DNA from: an uncultured Chloroflexia bacterium | Lineage (GTDB): Bacteria > Chloroflexota > Limnocylindria > Limnocylindrales > CSP1-4 | Length of the DNA: 64,000 bases | Direction of reading: 5' to 3' | Assembly: GCA_963713975.1 (NCBI GenBank) | Contig: OY970218.1 | Span: 1,984,001-2,048,000, forward strand | In this document: positions 30,222 to 40,030 of the stretch, piece after piece | How positions within the stretch are numbered: the first letter of the stretch is position 1 | Layout of the letters: each line of letters begins with the position of its first letter | Notes under the pieces: generated by a model | Database searches by the model: none | Seen by the model: only the letters and a program-made list of their open reading frames with translations | What the model was told of the DNA's origin: nothing | Program-made: the position numbers and the translations under genes

Positions 30222-31136
30222 GTGCTTGTCGCCCAGTTGGAGGGTTTCCTCGAGACCGCCCGCCAACGCAACCTCAGCCGTGCGGCGGACGCGCTCCACG
30301 TGACCCAGCCGGCGCTCACCGCTCGCCTCAAGGGTCTCGAGGAGGAACTCGGCTCGCTGCTGTTCGAGCGGTCCCACCGCGGCATGCGCCTGACCGCGGT
30401 CGGTGCTGCCTTCCTCCCGTTCGTGGAGCGCGCGCTCGCCGCGATGGACGAGGGCCGGACCACCGTTGCCGAGCACGCGAGCGGGTCCGCCGGGCAACTC
30501 ACCATCGGCACGGTGCCCGCCGTGGGCACATACGTGCTGCCGGGGCTCCTCGCCCGGTACGTGGAGCGATTGCCCGCCGTCCGCCTCACGGTCCGCACCG
30601 GCCATTCTGAGGAGATCGTCGAGGCGACGGCACGAGGCGAGCTGGACATCGGTCTCATCCGGGAGCTCAAGCACCCGGGCGTCGAGGCGAGCGTGCTCTA
30701 CGAGGACGAGCTCATTCTTGTCGTGCCGCCGGCTCACGACTTCGCCCACCAGGAAGTCCTGGACCTCGCGCGCCTCGCCGAGGCGACGCTGATCCTGTTC
30801 GACCGGACCTCCTCCTACTACGACCTCACGAACGCCGCCTTCCGTGCTGCCGGGGTCGCGCCGCGCGGCACGATCTCACTCGACAACATCGAGGCCGCCA
30901 AGCAGATGGTCCGCCAGGGCCTGGGGGTCGCCCTCCTGCCGCACACCGCCATCGCCGGTGATGTCGCTCGCGGCACGCTCAAGGCCGTGGGCCTGCGCGG
31001 CGTCCGGCCGATGCGCCGCCGGATCATCGCGGTCCGGCGGTCGGGATCCGTGCCGACGGCTGCGCTCGATGCGTTCCTCGAGGTATTGGGCCATATCCCC
31101 GAGATCCTCCCCAGCCGCGGGACAATCCTCGCGTAG
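30222..31136 (+). CDS. LysR family transcriptional regulator
   Basis: QLEGF......NLSRAADALHVTQPALT..LKGLEEELG..LFER; C-terminal substrate-binding domain. Confidence 0.95.
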   Translation: MLVAQLEGFLETARQRNLSRAADALHVTQPALTARLKGLEEELGSLLFERSHRGMRLTAVGAAFLPFVERALAAMDEGRTTVAEHASGSAGQLTIGTVPAVGTYVLPGLLARYVERLPAVRLTVRTGHSEEIVEATARGELDIGLIRELKHPGVEASVLYEDELILVVPPAHDFAHQEVLDLARLAEATLILFDRTSSYYDLTNAAFRAAGVAPRGTISLDNIEAAKQMVRQGLGVALLPHTAIAGDVARGTLKAVGLRGVRPMRRRIIAVRRSGSVPTAALDAFLEVLGHIPEILPSRGTILA

Positions 31137-31283
31137 CGGGCCGTCGGCGCCCGCGCCACTGGGCGCCGGTCGCGGGCGCCGTGAATCCGGCCCGGGCGGG
31201 CTTCCGCGTCGCCTACGCAGCCGCGAGCGACCGGTGGCGGATCGGCCATGTGCTCGACGCCCCAGGCGAGAGGCAACGGTCTC

Positions 31284-31340
31284 TTGCACTTGACCCTCAA
31301 CCCGCGCATACTGGCAAGCAATCGCAAACATCCGTAAGTA
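31284..31340 (+). promoter_or_regulatory. Sigma70 promoter followed by three direct repeats at 10-bp period
   Basis: TTGCAC-N17-CATACT, then GCAAGCA (31314), GCAAACA (31324), GTAAGTA (31334). Confidence 0.6.
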
Positions 31341-31399
31341 CTGTGCTCCAGCCGGCTGCACGAACCCGGCGGGCCTGACCAGAAGGATCGGACGAGCAG

Positions 31400-32629
31400 A
31401 TGTACCACGGCGACCCGGCGCCCGGCGGCCACCAGGGGTCGACGGTCCACCCCATCGTCAACACGCACGTGCACCTGCCGCCCAACTTCTCGGCGTTCAC
31501 CACGGCCGAGGACGCCGTCGCCGCGGCCGCTGCCGAAGGTGTCCGCGTGCTTGGCGCATCGAACTTCCACGACCACCGGGTCTACGCCAGGTTCGACGTC
31601 GCCGCCCGTGCCGCGGGGATCCTCCCGCTGTTCGGCCTGGAGTTCATCAGCGTCCTGCCGGAGCTGGTGGATGCGGCGGTCAGGGTGAACGACCCGGGCA
31701 ATCCCGGCCGCGTCTACCTCTGCGGCAAGGGGATCAGCCCGTTCGCGGAACCCACGCCGGTGGCCCGCGAGATCGCCGGTGCGGCGCGGGTCGCCGACGA
31801 GGTGCGGGCGCGCGAGATCACCCAGCGTCTGCGCGACCACTTCGCGGACCATGGACTGCGGACGGCGATCGACGACCAGGTGATCATCGATGACGTTGCC
31901 GAGCGCGCCGGGGTCCCGAGGGAGTGGGTCGTACTCCAGGAGCGCCACATCGCCATGGCCTTCCAGGAGGCGCTGTTCCTCCAGGTCGCTCCCGAGCGGC
32001 GTGCCGAGGTGCTGGCACATGCCTATGGCGCTCCCGCGACCGCCCCGGCGGAGGACACGACCGCCGTTCAGGGCGAGATCCGCTCGCGGCTCATGAAGGC
32101 AGGCCGGATCGCGTTCGTGCCCGAGTCACCGCTCACCTTCGACCGCGCATATCGCCTCGTCCTCGAGCAGGACGGCATTCCCTGCTATCCGACCCTAGCG
32201 GACGGCGCCGACCCGGTGTGCCCCTGGGAGGAGCCGCCCTCGGCGCTCGCCGGGCGCCTCGCGGAGCGAGGGATCCACATGGCCGAGCTCATCCCCGGAC
32301 GCAATGACCGCGCCGTCGTGGATGCCTACGTGACCGCGTTCCGCGACGCGGGGATCCTGGTGCTGGCGGGGACCGAGCACAACACGCCGGACCGGATCCC
32401 CGTGGAGCCGCGCTGTCGTGACGGGGCACCGCCGTCGGGGATGGCGCGAGCCCTGTTCTGGGAGGCCACCTGCGTCGTCGTGGCACACCAGCACGAGCGG
32501 GCCGCCGGCCGTCCCGGCTATGTCGATGGTGACGGCAGTCCCGCAGCGGGCTACCCGGACACGGAGAGCCGGATCCGCCGGTTCCGCGAGCTGGGGGCGA
32601 CCCTCATCGAAGCCGGGGAGGCACGCTGA
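31400..32629 (+). CDS. PHP-domain metallo-protein of unknown function
   Basis: NTHVH, GASNFHD, FGLEF, GTEHNT metal-ligand motifs; TGATG coupling to the next gene. Confidence 0.8.
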   Translation: MYHGDPAPGGHQGSTVHPIVNTHVHLPPNFSAFTTAEDAVAAAAAEGVRVLGASNFHDHRVYARFDVAARAAGILPLFGLEFISVLPELVDAAVRVNDPGNPGRVYLCGKGISPFAEPTPVAREIAGAARVADEVRAREITQRLRDHFADHGLRTAIDDQVIIDDVAERAGVPREWVVLQERHIAMAFQEALFLQVAPERRAEVLAHAYGAPATAPAEDTTAVQGEIRSRLMKAGRIAFVPESPLTFDRAYRLVLEQDGIPCYPTLADGADPVCPWEEPPSALAGRLAERGIHMAELIPGRNDRAVVDAYVTAFRDAGILVLAGTEHNTPDRIPVEPRCRDGAPPSGMARALFWEATCVVVAHQHERAAGRPGYVDGDGSPAAGYPDTESRIRRFRELGATLIEAGEAR

Positions 32630-34668
32630 TGCATGATCCCGAGGCGCCCTCCGGGCTCGAGCCTCCGACCGCGATCATCGATGAGCTGATCGGACTCGCA
32701 CGGCACTTCGGGGCGGACCCCGACTTCTCGCGCGGCGGTGGGGGCAACGCATCCGCGAAGGCCGACGGCGTGCTCTGGATCAAGCCCAGCGGCGTCTCCC
32801 TCGCCACGCTGGCCGCGGAGGCGCTGGTGCCGCTCGACATGGCCCAGCTGCTCGCCCTGCTCGACGTGGATCCGGCGAGCCTGGAGCCCGGCGAGGATCC
32901 GGTGATGCGTGTCGCCGCCGAGGCCCGGCTCGCCCATGCGCACGGGCGACGGCCCTCGGTGGAGCTGCTGTTCCACGCCCTGTTCCCGCAGCGGTTCGTC
33001 CTCCACACCCACCCGATCCTCATCAACGCCGTGAGCTGCAACCGCGATGGCCAGGAGCTGGCCGCCCGGCTGTTCGGCGACGCGGTCGTGTGGGTGCCGT
33101 ACACGGACCCGGGGCTCCAGCTCGCGGCGGCGATCGCGGCCGCCCGCCGGGCACACGAGGAGCGCACCGGGGCGCCGGCGCCGCAGATGACCCTGCTCGG
33201 GAACCACGGCCTGGTCGTCACCGGTGAGACCGCGCGGGAGATCGAGGACGCCACGGCATGGCTCGTGGCCCGGATCGCGGAGGCCGTCGCGGCGACCCCC
33301 GAGCCGTATTCCACCCTCGAGCAGGATCCCGATCGCGTCCGGCAGCTGGTCGATGCGCTCGCCCCAGCGCTGCGTGCCTCCCTCTCAAGCGACGACGAAC
33401 GGCGCATCCTCGTGTTCGACGACGATCCCGTCGCCGCCGGGTTCACGACGACCGCCGAGGGCAGGGCGTTCGTGGCCGGTGCGCCGCTCACGCCGGACCA
33501 GATCGTGTACGCGGGCTCGTGGCCCCTGTTGCTCGACATCGCCGAGGACGCGGATCCCTCCGCCATCCCCGTACTGGCGGCCGAGGGGGTGGCGGCGCAC
33601 GCCGCCCGAACTGGCGCAGCCCCCATCGTCACGGTCGTCCCGGGGCTCGGCCTGTTCGCCGTCGGCGACACCTGGGCCCAGGCCGACACCGCCCGCCACA
33701 TCTACCTCGACGCGTTGCGCGTGGGGGCCGGGGCGGTCCGCCTGGGTGCGGTCCGCCACCTCAGTGCATCGGAGCTGCAGTTCATCGAGGCCTGGGAGGC
33801 TGAGGCCTACCGCAAGCAGATCTCGGCCGGCGACCGGTCGCGCGGGCGACTCGCGGGTCGGGTCGCGCTGGTCACGGGCGCCGCCCAGGGTTTCGGTCTC
33901 GCGATCGCCGAGGGGCTGATCCGCGAGGGGGCCCACGTCGTCCTCGCGGACATCAACGTCGCCCTCGCCGAGCAGAACGCCGCGCGGCTCGCGGAGCTGC
34001 TGGGCCCCGGGGCCGCCGCCGCCGTGCCGATGAACGTGACCGACGAGGCGTCGGTCGCCGACGGGATCCACGCGGCCGTCCGATGCTACGGCGGTCTCGA
34101 CCTCCTGGTCTCGAACGCCGGCGTGTTGCGGGCCGGCAGCGTCACGGGCCAGCCGCTGGCCGACTTCGACCTGGTCACGCGCGTCAACTACCGCGGCTAC
34201 TTCCTGTGCGTGCGGTTCGCGGCGCCCGTGATGACCACCCAGCATGCGGTCCGCCCCGCCTGGCTGGGCGACATCATCGAGATCAACTCCAAGTCCGGCC
34301 TCGCCGGGTCCAGCCGCAACAGCGCCTACGCCGGCAGCAAGTTCGGCGGCATCGGCTTGACGCAGTCGTTCGCCCTCGAGCTCGTCGGTGACGGCATCAA
34401 GGTCAACGCCATCTGCCCCGGCAACTTCTTCGAGGGCCCGTTGTGGTCCGATCCCGTGAACGGGCTGTTCGTGCAGTACCTGCGCGAGGGCAAGGTGCCG
34501 GGCGCCACGACCGTCGAGGACGTCCGCCGATCCTACGAATCCAAGGTGCCCATGGGTCGCGGCTGCTCGCCGGCCGACATCCTCGAGGCCATCAACTACC
34601 TGGTTGCCCAGCAGTACGAGACTGGTCAGGCGCTGCCCGTCACTGGCGGCCAGGTCATGCTCAGCTGA
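32629..34668 (+). CDS. Class II aldolase-fold domain fused to an SDR (sorbitol-6-phosphate dehydrogenase-like)
   Basis: N: GGGNASAK, PSVE..FH, HTHP, NHG. C: TGAAQGFG, NAG, INSKSG, YAGSKFGGIGLTQSFALEL. Confidence 0.88.
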   Translation: MHDPEAPSGLEPPTAIIDELIGLARHFGADPDFSRGGGGNASAKADGVLWIKPSGVSLATLAAEALVPLDMAQLLALLDVDPASLEPGEDPVMRVAAEARLAHAHGRRPSVELLFHALFPQRFVLHTHPILINAVSCNRDGQELAARLFGDAVVWVPYTDPGLQLAAAIAAARRAHEERTGAPAPQMTLLGNHGLVVTGETAREIEDATAWLVARIAEAVAATPEPYSTLEQDPDRVRQLVDALAPALRASLSSDDERRILVFDDDPVAAGFTTTAEGRAFVAGAPLTPDQIVYAGSWPLLLDIAEDADPSAIPVLAAEGVAAHAARTGAAPIVTVVPGLGLFAVGDTWAQADTARHIYLDALRVGAGAVRLGAVRHLSASELQFIEAWEAEAYRKQISAGDRSRGRLAGRVALVTGAAQGFGLAIAEGLIREGAHVVLADINVALAEQNAARLAELLGPGAAAAVPMNVTDEASVADGIHAAVRCYGGLDLLVSNAGVLRAGSVTGQPLADFDLVTRVNYRGYFLCVRFAAPVMTTQHAVRPAWLGDIIEINSKSGLAGSSRNSAYAGSKFGGIGLTQSFALELVGDGIKVNAICPGNFFEGPLWSDPVNGLFVQYLREGKVPGATTVEDVRRSYESKVPMGRGCSPADILEAINYLVAQQYETGQALPVTGGQVMLS

Positions 34669-34691
34669 CCCAACGCCGAGGAGCCTTCGAA

Positions 34692-36416
34692 GTGACCGAG
34701 CCCACCGCCACCGGTACCGCCGTCCCGGTCACCCAGCACGCGATCCAGATCGTGGCGCCGGGCGAGATCGTCCACAACCGGACCAAGCCGGTTCCGGCAC
34801 CCGGGCCCACCCAGGTCCTGCTGCGCATCGAGGCCGTCGGCATCTGCTTCTCGGACACCAAGCTGCTGCACGCGTTCACGGCCCACCCCCGCAAGGGCGA
34901 GGTGACCGGCGGCCTTGCTCCCGACGAGCTCGCGGAGATCCCGAGCTACGTCCCCGGCGAGGCGCCCACCGTTCCGGGACACGAGGTCGTCGCCCGGATC
35001 GTCGCGATCGGTGATTCCGTCCAGCGCCACCGGGTGGGCGAGCGGGTCCTGGTCCAGACCGACTACCGCCACCTGGCGACTGCGCGCTCCAACGCGGCCT
35101 TCGGCTACAACTTCGAGGGCGGGCTGCAGGAGTTCGTCATCGTCGACGAGCGGGTCGTGATCGAGCCCGGCACCGGGGAGCGGTTCTTGATCCCGGTCGA
35201 CGAGGAGCCGTCCGCCTCGGCGGTTGCGCTGCTCGAGCCGTGGGCATGTGTCGAGGCCTCGTACACGGTGCGCGAGCGGGGGACGCTCCTCCCCTCCGGT
35301 CGCCTCCTCGTGGTTGCCGATGGCGGGGCCACGGTGCGGGGCCTCGACACACTGCTCTCGGCCGCGACGCCTGCCGCCGCGACCGTCGTGGCGCCCGACG
35401 ACGCGCCGGCAGAAGCGGTCGAGGCGGCGCTCTCACGGGCTGGAGTCGCCGTGGTCCGCGCCGGCACGCCCGACGGGCTGCCGCCGGCGTCGTTCGATGA
35501 CATCGTCTACTTCGGGGCCGACGCGAACCGGATCGAGACGCTGGGGGCGCTCCTGGCCCCCCGCGGCGTGATCGACATCGTGCTCGGTGGCGGTCGTATT
35601 GGCCGCCCGGTGGCCGTCGACGTCGGACGTGTCCACTACGAACTGACCCGATGGGTGGGCACCCCGGGCAATTCGGCGGCCGACGGCTACGCCTGGATCC
35701 CGGCAGATGGCGAGCTCCGGGCCGGCGACCGGGAGGCGGTCATCGGCGCCGCGGGCCCGATGGGCTTCATGCATGCGGTTCGCGCCGTCACCGCGGGCCT
35801 CACGGGGCTGGACCTGACGGCCATCGACATCGACGACGCCCGCCTGGCCCACCTCGCGGAGGTTGCCGGGCCGCTCGCGGCGGAGCGCGGGGTCGCCGCC
35901 TCGTTCCTCAACAGCCGCACCACCGCGCCGGAGCCCGGCTTCAGCTACGTGGCCGTGATGGTCCCCGCGCCGGCCCTCGTCGTCCAGGCGCTGGACCTGG
36001 CGGGCGAGGACGCGCGCGTCAACCTGTTCGCGGGCTTCGCGGTCGGAACCCTGGCGGAGCTGGATCTCGACTCGCTGGTCACCAAGCGTGCCTACCTGTT
36101 CGGCACGAGTGGCTCCGAGATCGCCGACATGAAGGCCGTGCTCGCCAAGCTGGAGCGCGGCGACCTGGACACGAACCTCTCGCTGGACGCGGTGACCGGC
36201 ATGGAGGGGGTCCGTGACGCGCTCGCCGCGGTCGAGGCCCGCACGTCGGGCGGCAAGATCGTCGTCTACCCGTCGCTGCCCGAGATGGGCCTGGTCCGGC
36301 TCGCGGATCTGCCGCAACGCCTGCCCGGGGTCGCCGGCCGGATGCGGGACGGCCGCTGGACCCGCGACGCGGAGGCCGAGCTGCTCGCGGTGGCCGGGGG
36401 CGAACCGCGGCCATGA
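34692..36416 (+). CDS. Large Zn-binding dehydrogenase, L-sorbose-1-phosphate reductase-like
   Basis: GICFSD.K, PGHE, GYNFEGGLQEF, EPWACV, GAAGPMG, GKIVVYP; no structural-Zn Cys cluster. Confidence 0.8.
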   Translation: MTEPTATGTAVPVTQHAIQIVAPGEIVHNRTKPVPAPGPTQVLLRIEAVGICFSDTKLLHAFTAHPRKGEVTGGLAPDELAEIPSYVPGEAPTVPGHEVVARIVAIGDSVQRHRVGERVLVQTDYRHLATARSNAAFGYNFEGGLQEFVIVDERVVIEPGTGERFLIPVDEEPSASAVALLEPWACVEASYTVRERGTLLPSGRLLVVADGGATVRGLDTLLSAATPAAATVVAPDDAPAEAVEAALSRAGVAVVRAGTPDGLPPASFDDIVYFGADANRIETLGALLAPRGVIDIVLGGGRIGRPVAVDVGRVHYELTRWVGTPGNSAADGYAWIPADGELRAGDREAVIGAAGPMGFMHAVRAVTAGLTGLDLTAIDIDDARLAHLAEVAGPLAAERGVAASFLNSRTTAPEPGFSYVAVMVPAPALVVQALDLAGEDARVNLFAGFAVGTLAELDLDSLVTKRAYLFGTSGSEIADMKAVLAKLERGDLDTNLSLDAVTGMEGVRDALAAVEARTSGGKIVVYPSLPEMGLVRLADLPQRLPGVAGRMRDGRWTRDAEAELLAVAGGEPRP

Positions 36417-37423
36417 GGGTCCTCCGCCTCCACGGTGCTCGGGACGCTCGGCTGGCCGACGAACCGGTGCCGGTGCCCGCCCCGGGCGAGGCGCTGGTGC
36501 AGGTCACGGCGGTCGGCATCTGCGGCTCTGACCTCCACTGGTTCACCGAGAGCTCGATCGGTGGCGTGGGTCTCACCACGCCGCTGGTGCTGGGCCATGA
36601 GGCCGCCGGGGTGATCGCCGATGGCCCCAGGGCGGGGGAGCGGGTGGCCATCGACCCGTCCGTCCCCTGCGGGCGCTGTGCGACCTGCGACCGTGGCCTC
36701 GGACACCTCTGCCCGAGCGTCCGGTTCCTGGGCTACGGCACGAGCGACGGCGCGCTGCGGGACTACATGGCGTGGCCGGAGGCGAGCCTCGTGCCCATCC
36801 CGGACGAGATCGACGACGTGGGTGGCGCGATGCTCGAGCCGCTGGGGGTCGCCATCCACGCGCTGCGGCTGGCTCGGCTCCGGCCCGGCGACCGCATCGG
36901 GATCTTCGGTGCGGGCCCCATCGGGCTCCTGCTGATCCAGCTGGCCCGCGCTTCAGGTGCCACGCAGGTCGTGGTCACGGACCGCCTGCCCCATCGGGTG
37001 GCCGCCGCCCGGGAGCTGGGCGCCGTCGCTGAGCTCGTGACCGACGGGTCGGAGCGTGCCGCGCTGGCCGACGCCACGGGTGGCCGGGGCGTGGACACCG
37101 CGATCGAGATCGCCGGCGAGGACGATGCCATCGGCGCCGCGATCGAGCTGGTCAAGCCGGCAGGCATCGTCGTGGTCGCCGGCATCCCCGACGGACCAAC
37201 CCTCACGATCACGGGTGCGACGGCGCGACGCAAGGGCGTGGACCTGCGCTTCTCCCGGCGGATGAACCGCGTCTATCCCCAGGCCATCGACCTCGTGACC
37301 CGCGGGCTCGTGGATCTCGACGCGGTCGTATCCGACCGCTACGCCCTGGACGACGCACCCGCCGCGCTGGCATCCGCGTCCCGCCGCGAGGGCCACAAGG
37401 TCATGGTGCTGACCAGCGCTTGA
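36413..37423 (+). CDS. Zn-dependent polyol/sugar dehydrogenase (sorbitol dehydrogenase-like)
   Basis: GICGSDLH, LGHE, CGRCATC...HLC, EPLGV, GAGPIG. Confidence 0.9.
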   Translation: MRVLRLHGARDARLADEPVPVPAPGEALVQVTAVGICGSDLHWFTESSIGGVGLTTPLVLGHEAAGVIADGPRAGERVAIDPSVPCGRCATCDRGLGHLCPSVRFLGYGTSDGALRDYMAWPEASLVPIPDEIDDVGGAMLEPLGVAIHALRLARLRPGDRIGIFGAGPIGLLLIQLARASGATQVVVTDRLPHRVAAARELGAVAELVTDGSERAALADATGGRGVDTAIEIAGEDDAIGAAIELVKPAGIVVVAGIPDGPTLTITGATARRKGVDLRFSRRMNRVYPQAIDLVTRGLVDLDAVVSDRYALDDAPAALASASRREGHKVMVLTSA

Positions 37424-37577
37424 CGCCGGGTCGGCGAAGGGCTGGCGAGGGATCGACCAGCGCTGCGATCAATTGCGGAATGGTCGAAGTCCGTCTTGAC
37501 ATCGCAACCAGATCCGATGCAAAGTGTATGCATTCGCAAGCAAGCGAAGGTCCATTGACCCGTCAGCGGAGTCGCCC

Positions 37578-38435
37578 GTGACCGCGAAGGCTGCCGATCT
37601 GCCCGATGCCGTGTTTGCCCGCGAGCGCCAGGAGCAGATTGCCCAGATCGTCGTCGAGTCCGGGCGCGCCCGGGTGACGGAGCTGGCGCGCCGGTTCGGG
37701 GTGTCGGCCGTCACCATCCGCAAGGATCTCCTCGTCCTCGAGGGCGAGCAGCGTCTCGTGCGCACCCACGGTGGCGCGATCGCTCCGCGGAGCACGGGCC
37801 GACCCGAGCTCGCCTTCGACCTCCGCGAGCGGCTGCACCGGTCGGAGAAGTCCCGGATCGGCGCCGCCGCCGCCACCCTTGTCCGGGACGGCGACAGCAT
37901 CGTGTTCGACGCCTCGACGACGGCCCTGTACGTGGCGCGCCAGCTCAAGGCACGTGAGGACTGGCACCAGCTGACGGTCGTCACCAACAGCATCCGGATC
38001 GCGATGGAGCTTGCCGGCCACCCGGGGATCACCGTCCTCCTGATCGGTGGCCGGGTCCGCTGGGAGGCGTTGTCGGTCGTCGGGCCGCTCGGTGACGGAG
38101 TGTTCCGGCGGGTCAACATCCAGAAGGCGTTCGTGGGAGCCGTCGGCCTCAACCTCGAGACCGGCCTGAGCGACGCGATGGAGGAGGAGGCGCAGATCAA
38201 GCGCTCCATGGTCGCGGCCGCCCACGAGGTCTACGCCCTGGTGGACCACACCAAGTGGGGTCGTGTGGCCTCGGCATCGTTCTGCCGCACCGACCGCATC
38301 ACCGGTGTCATCACCGACAGCGAGGCGCCCCCCGAGTTGGTCGAGCAGCTGGTCGCGATGGGCATCGACGTCACCCAGGTTGCCGCAGGCACGCGGCAGG
38401 ACGCCGCGCACCAGGTGAGCGGAGCCGCCGGATGA
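37578..38435 (+). CDS. DeoR/GlpR family transcriptional regulator (rhamnose operon)
   Basis: ERQEQI...V.ELA..FGVS.VTIRKDL..LE...RTHGGA; EK..IG, DASTT, VTNS, DHTKWG. TTGACA at 37496 upstream. Confidence 0.92.
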   Translation: MTAKAADLPDAVFARERQEQIAQIVVESGRARVTELARRFGVSAVTIRKDLLVLEGEQRLVRTHGGAIAPRSTGRPELAFDLRERLHRSEKSRIGAAAATLVRDGDSIVFDASTTALYVARQLKAREDWHQLTVVTNSIRIAMELAGHPGITVLLIGGRVRWEALSVVGPLGDGVFRRVNIQKAFVGAVGLNLETGLSDAMEEEAQIKRSMVAAAHEVYALVDHTKWGRVASASFCRTDRITGVITDSEAPPELVEQLVAMGIDVTQVAAGTRQDAAHQVSGAAG

Positions 38436-40030
38436 CGAGCCCGGTCGCGGTCCCGAGCGCCGGGTCCGCGGGCGATTCCCAGTCGCCTCGCCTCGAGCTG
38501 CGCGGCATCTCCAAGCGATTCGGCGCCACGGCCGCCCTGACCGACGTGTCGATGGACCTGCGCTCCGGCGAGATCCACGCACTTGTCGGCGAGAACGGCG
38601 CGGGCAAGAGCACGCTGGTCAAGATCCTGGCGGGCGTCCATCAGCCCGACAGCGGCACCATCCTGCTTGACGGAGCGCCGACCCAGATCCACGGCCCCGC
38701 CCAGTCGCGGGCGCTTGGCATCGCCGTGGTCCACCAGGAGCCGCGCCTGTTCCCGGACCTGAGCGTCGCAGAGAATGTGTTCATCGGTCATGCCCCGTCC
38801 GGGCTGGCTGGCTCCATCGACTGGCGCGGAATGCGCCGGGCGGCGCAGGCTCTGTTCGATGAGCTCGACGTGCAGTTCGACGTCGGCGCGCCCGTCCGGG
38901 GCCTGTCGATGGCAGACCAGCAGCTGATCGAGATCGCCAAGGCGCTGTCGGTGGACGCGGGCGCCCTGATCCTCGACGAGCCGACCGCGTCGCTGTCTGC
39001 CCACGAGGTCGAGCGGCTGTTCACGATCGTCCGCCGCCTCCGCGATCGGGGCGTCGCGATCCTGTTCGTCAGCCACCGGCTGGACGAGGTGTTCGCCCTC
39101 TGCGATCGCGCGACCGTGTTCCGCGACGGGCGGCACGTCGTCACGATGGCGACTGCCGAGCTGACCACCGCTGACCTGATCCGCCACATGGTCGGCCGGA
39201 CGGTGTCGCTCTTCCCCAAGGTCGAGAACCCGATCGGCGAGGTCCTGCTCGAGGTGACCGGCCTGACCCGCGTGGGCGTGTTCCGCGACGTCGCGTTCAC
39301 GGTGCGCACGGGCGAGATCCTGGGCCTCGCCGGCCTCGTGGGCGCCGGCCGGTCCGAGGTCGCCCGGGTCCTGTTCGGGATCGACCGACGCGACAGCGGC
39401 GAGGTGCGGCTCGGCGGCAGGCTCGTGGACTTCTCCGCCCCGTCCGCCGCGATGAGCGAGGGTGTCGCCTACCTGCCGGAGGACCGCCACCAGGAGGGCC
39501 TGGTGCTCGACTTCTCGATCGCCCAGAACGTGACCCTGCCGATCCTGCCCCGCCTGTTCCCCCGCCTCCTCGTCTCTGCGGCGACAGAACGCCGCGTCGC
39601 CACGGAGCACACGGAGCAGTTCAACGTCCGGATGACCGGCGTCGACCAGGAGGTGGGCGCGCTGTCGGGCGGCAACCAGCAGAAGGTCGTCCTGGCCAAG
39701 TGGCTGGCCTCCGGTCCCCGCCTCCTCATCCTCGACGAGCCCACACGGGGCATCGACATCGGCGCCAAGGTGGAGGTCCACCGGCTCATCGCAGAGCTCG
39801 CGGCGTCGGGCCTCGCGATCATCCTCATCTCGAGCGACCTGCCCGAGGTCCTGGCCATGTCCGACCGGATCGTGGTCCTCCACGAGGGCCGGGTCACGGC
39901 CGAGATCGCCCGTGAGGATGCGACGCAGGAGAACGTGATGTTCGCCGCGACCGGCAGCGTCACCGCCGCCGGTGCGCCGCAGGACCCGGGGAGCGCCCCG
40001 CACGGCGAGGGTGAGGCGCCCCGTGGCTGA
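38432..40030 (+). CDS. Sugar ABC transporter ATP-binding protein (RhaT-like)
   Basis: [34 protein letters not shown]. Confidence 0.95.
   Translation: MTSPVAVPSAGSAGDSQSPRLELRGISKRFGATAALTDVSMDLRSGEIHALVGENGAGKSTLVKILAGVHQPDSGTILLDGAPTQIHGPAQSRALGIAVVHQEPRLFPDLSVAENVFIGHAPSGLAGSIDWRGMRRAAQALFDELDVQFDVGAPVRGLSMADQQLIEIAKALSVDAGALILDEPTASLSAHEVERLFTIVRRLRDRGVAILFVSHRLDEVFALCDRATVFRDGRHVVTMATAELTTADLIRHMVGRTVSLFPKVENPIGEVLLEVTGLTRVGVFRDVAFTVRTGEILGLAGLVGAGRSEVARVLFGIDRRDSGEVRLGGRLVDFSAPSAAMSEGVAYLPEDRHQEGLVLDFSIAQNVTLPILPRLFPRLLVSAATERRVATEHTEQFNVRMTGVDQEVGALSGGNQQKVVLAKWLASGPRLLILDEPTRGIDIGAKVEVHRLIAELAASGLAIILISSDLPEVLAMSDRIVVLHEGRVTAEIAREDATQENVMFAATGSVTAAGAPQDPGSAPHGEGEAPRG

Noticed and set aside
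27667-30303. 878-aa + strand ORF (likewise 52348..55092 and 38231..40285)
   Set aside because: Shadow or alternative frames of well-supported genes.
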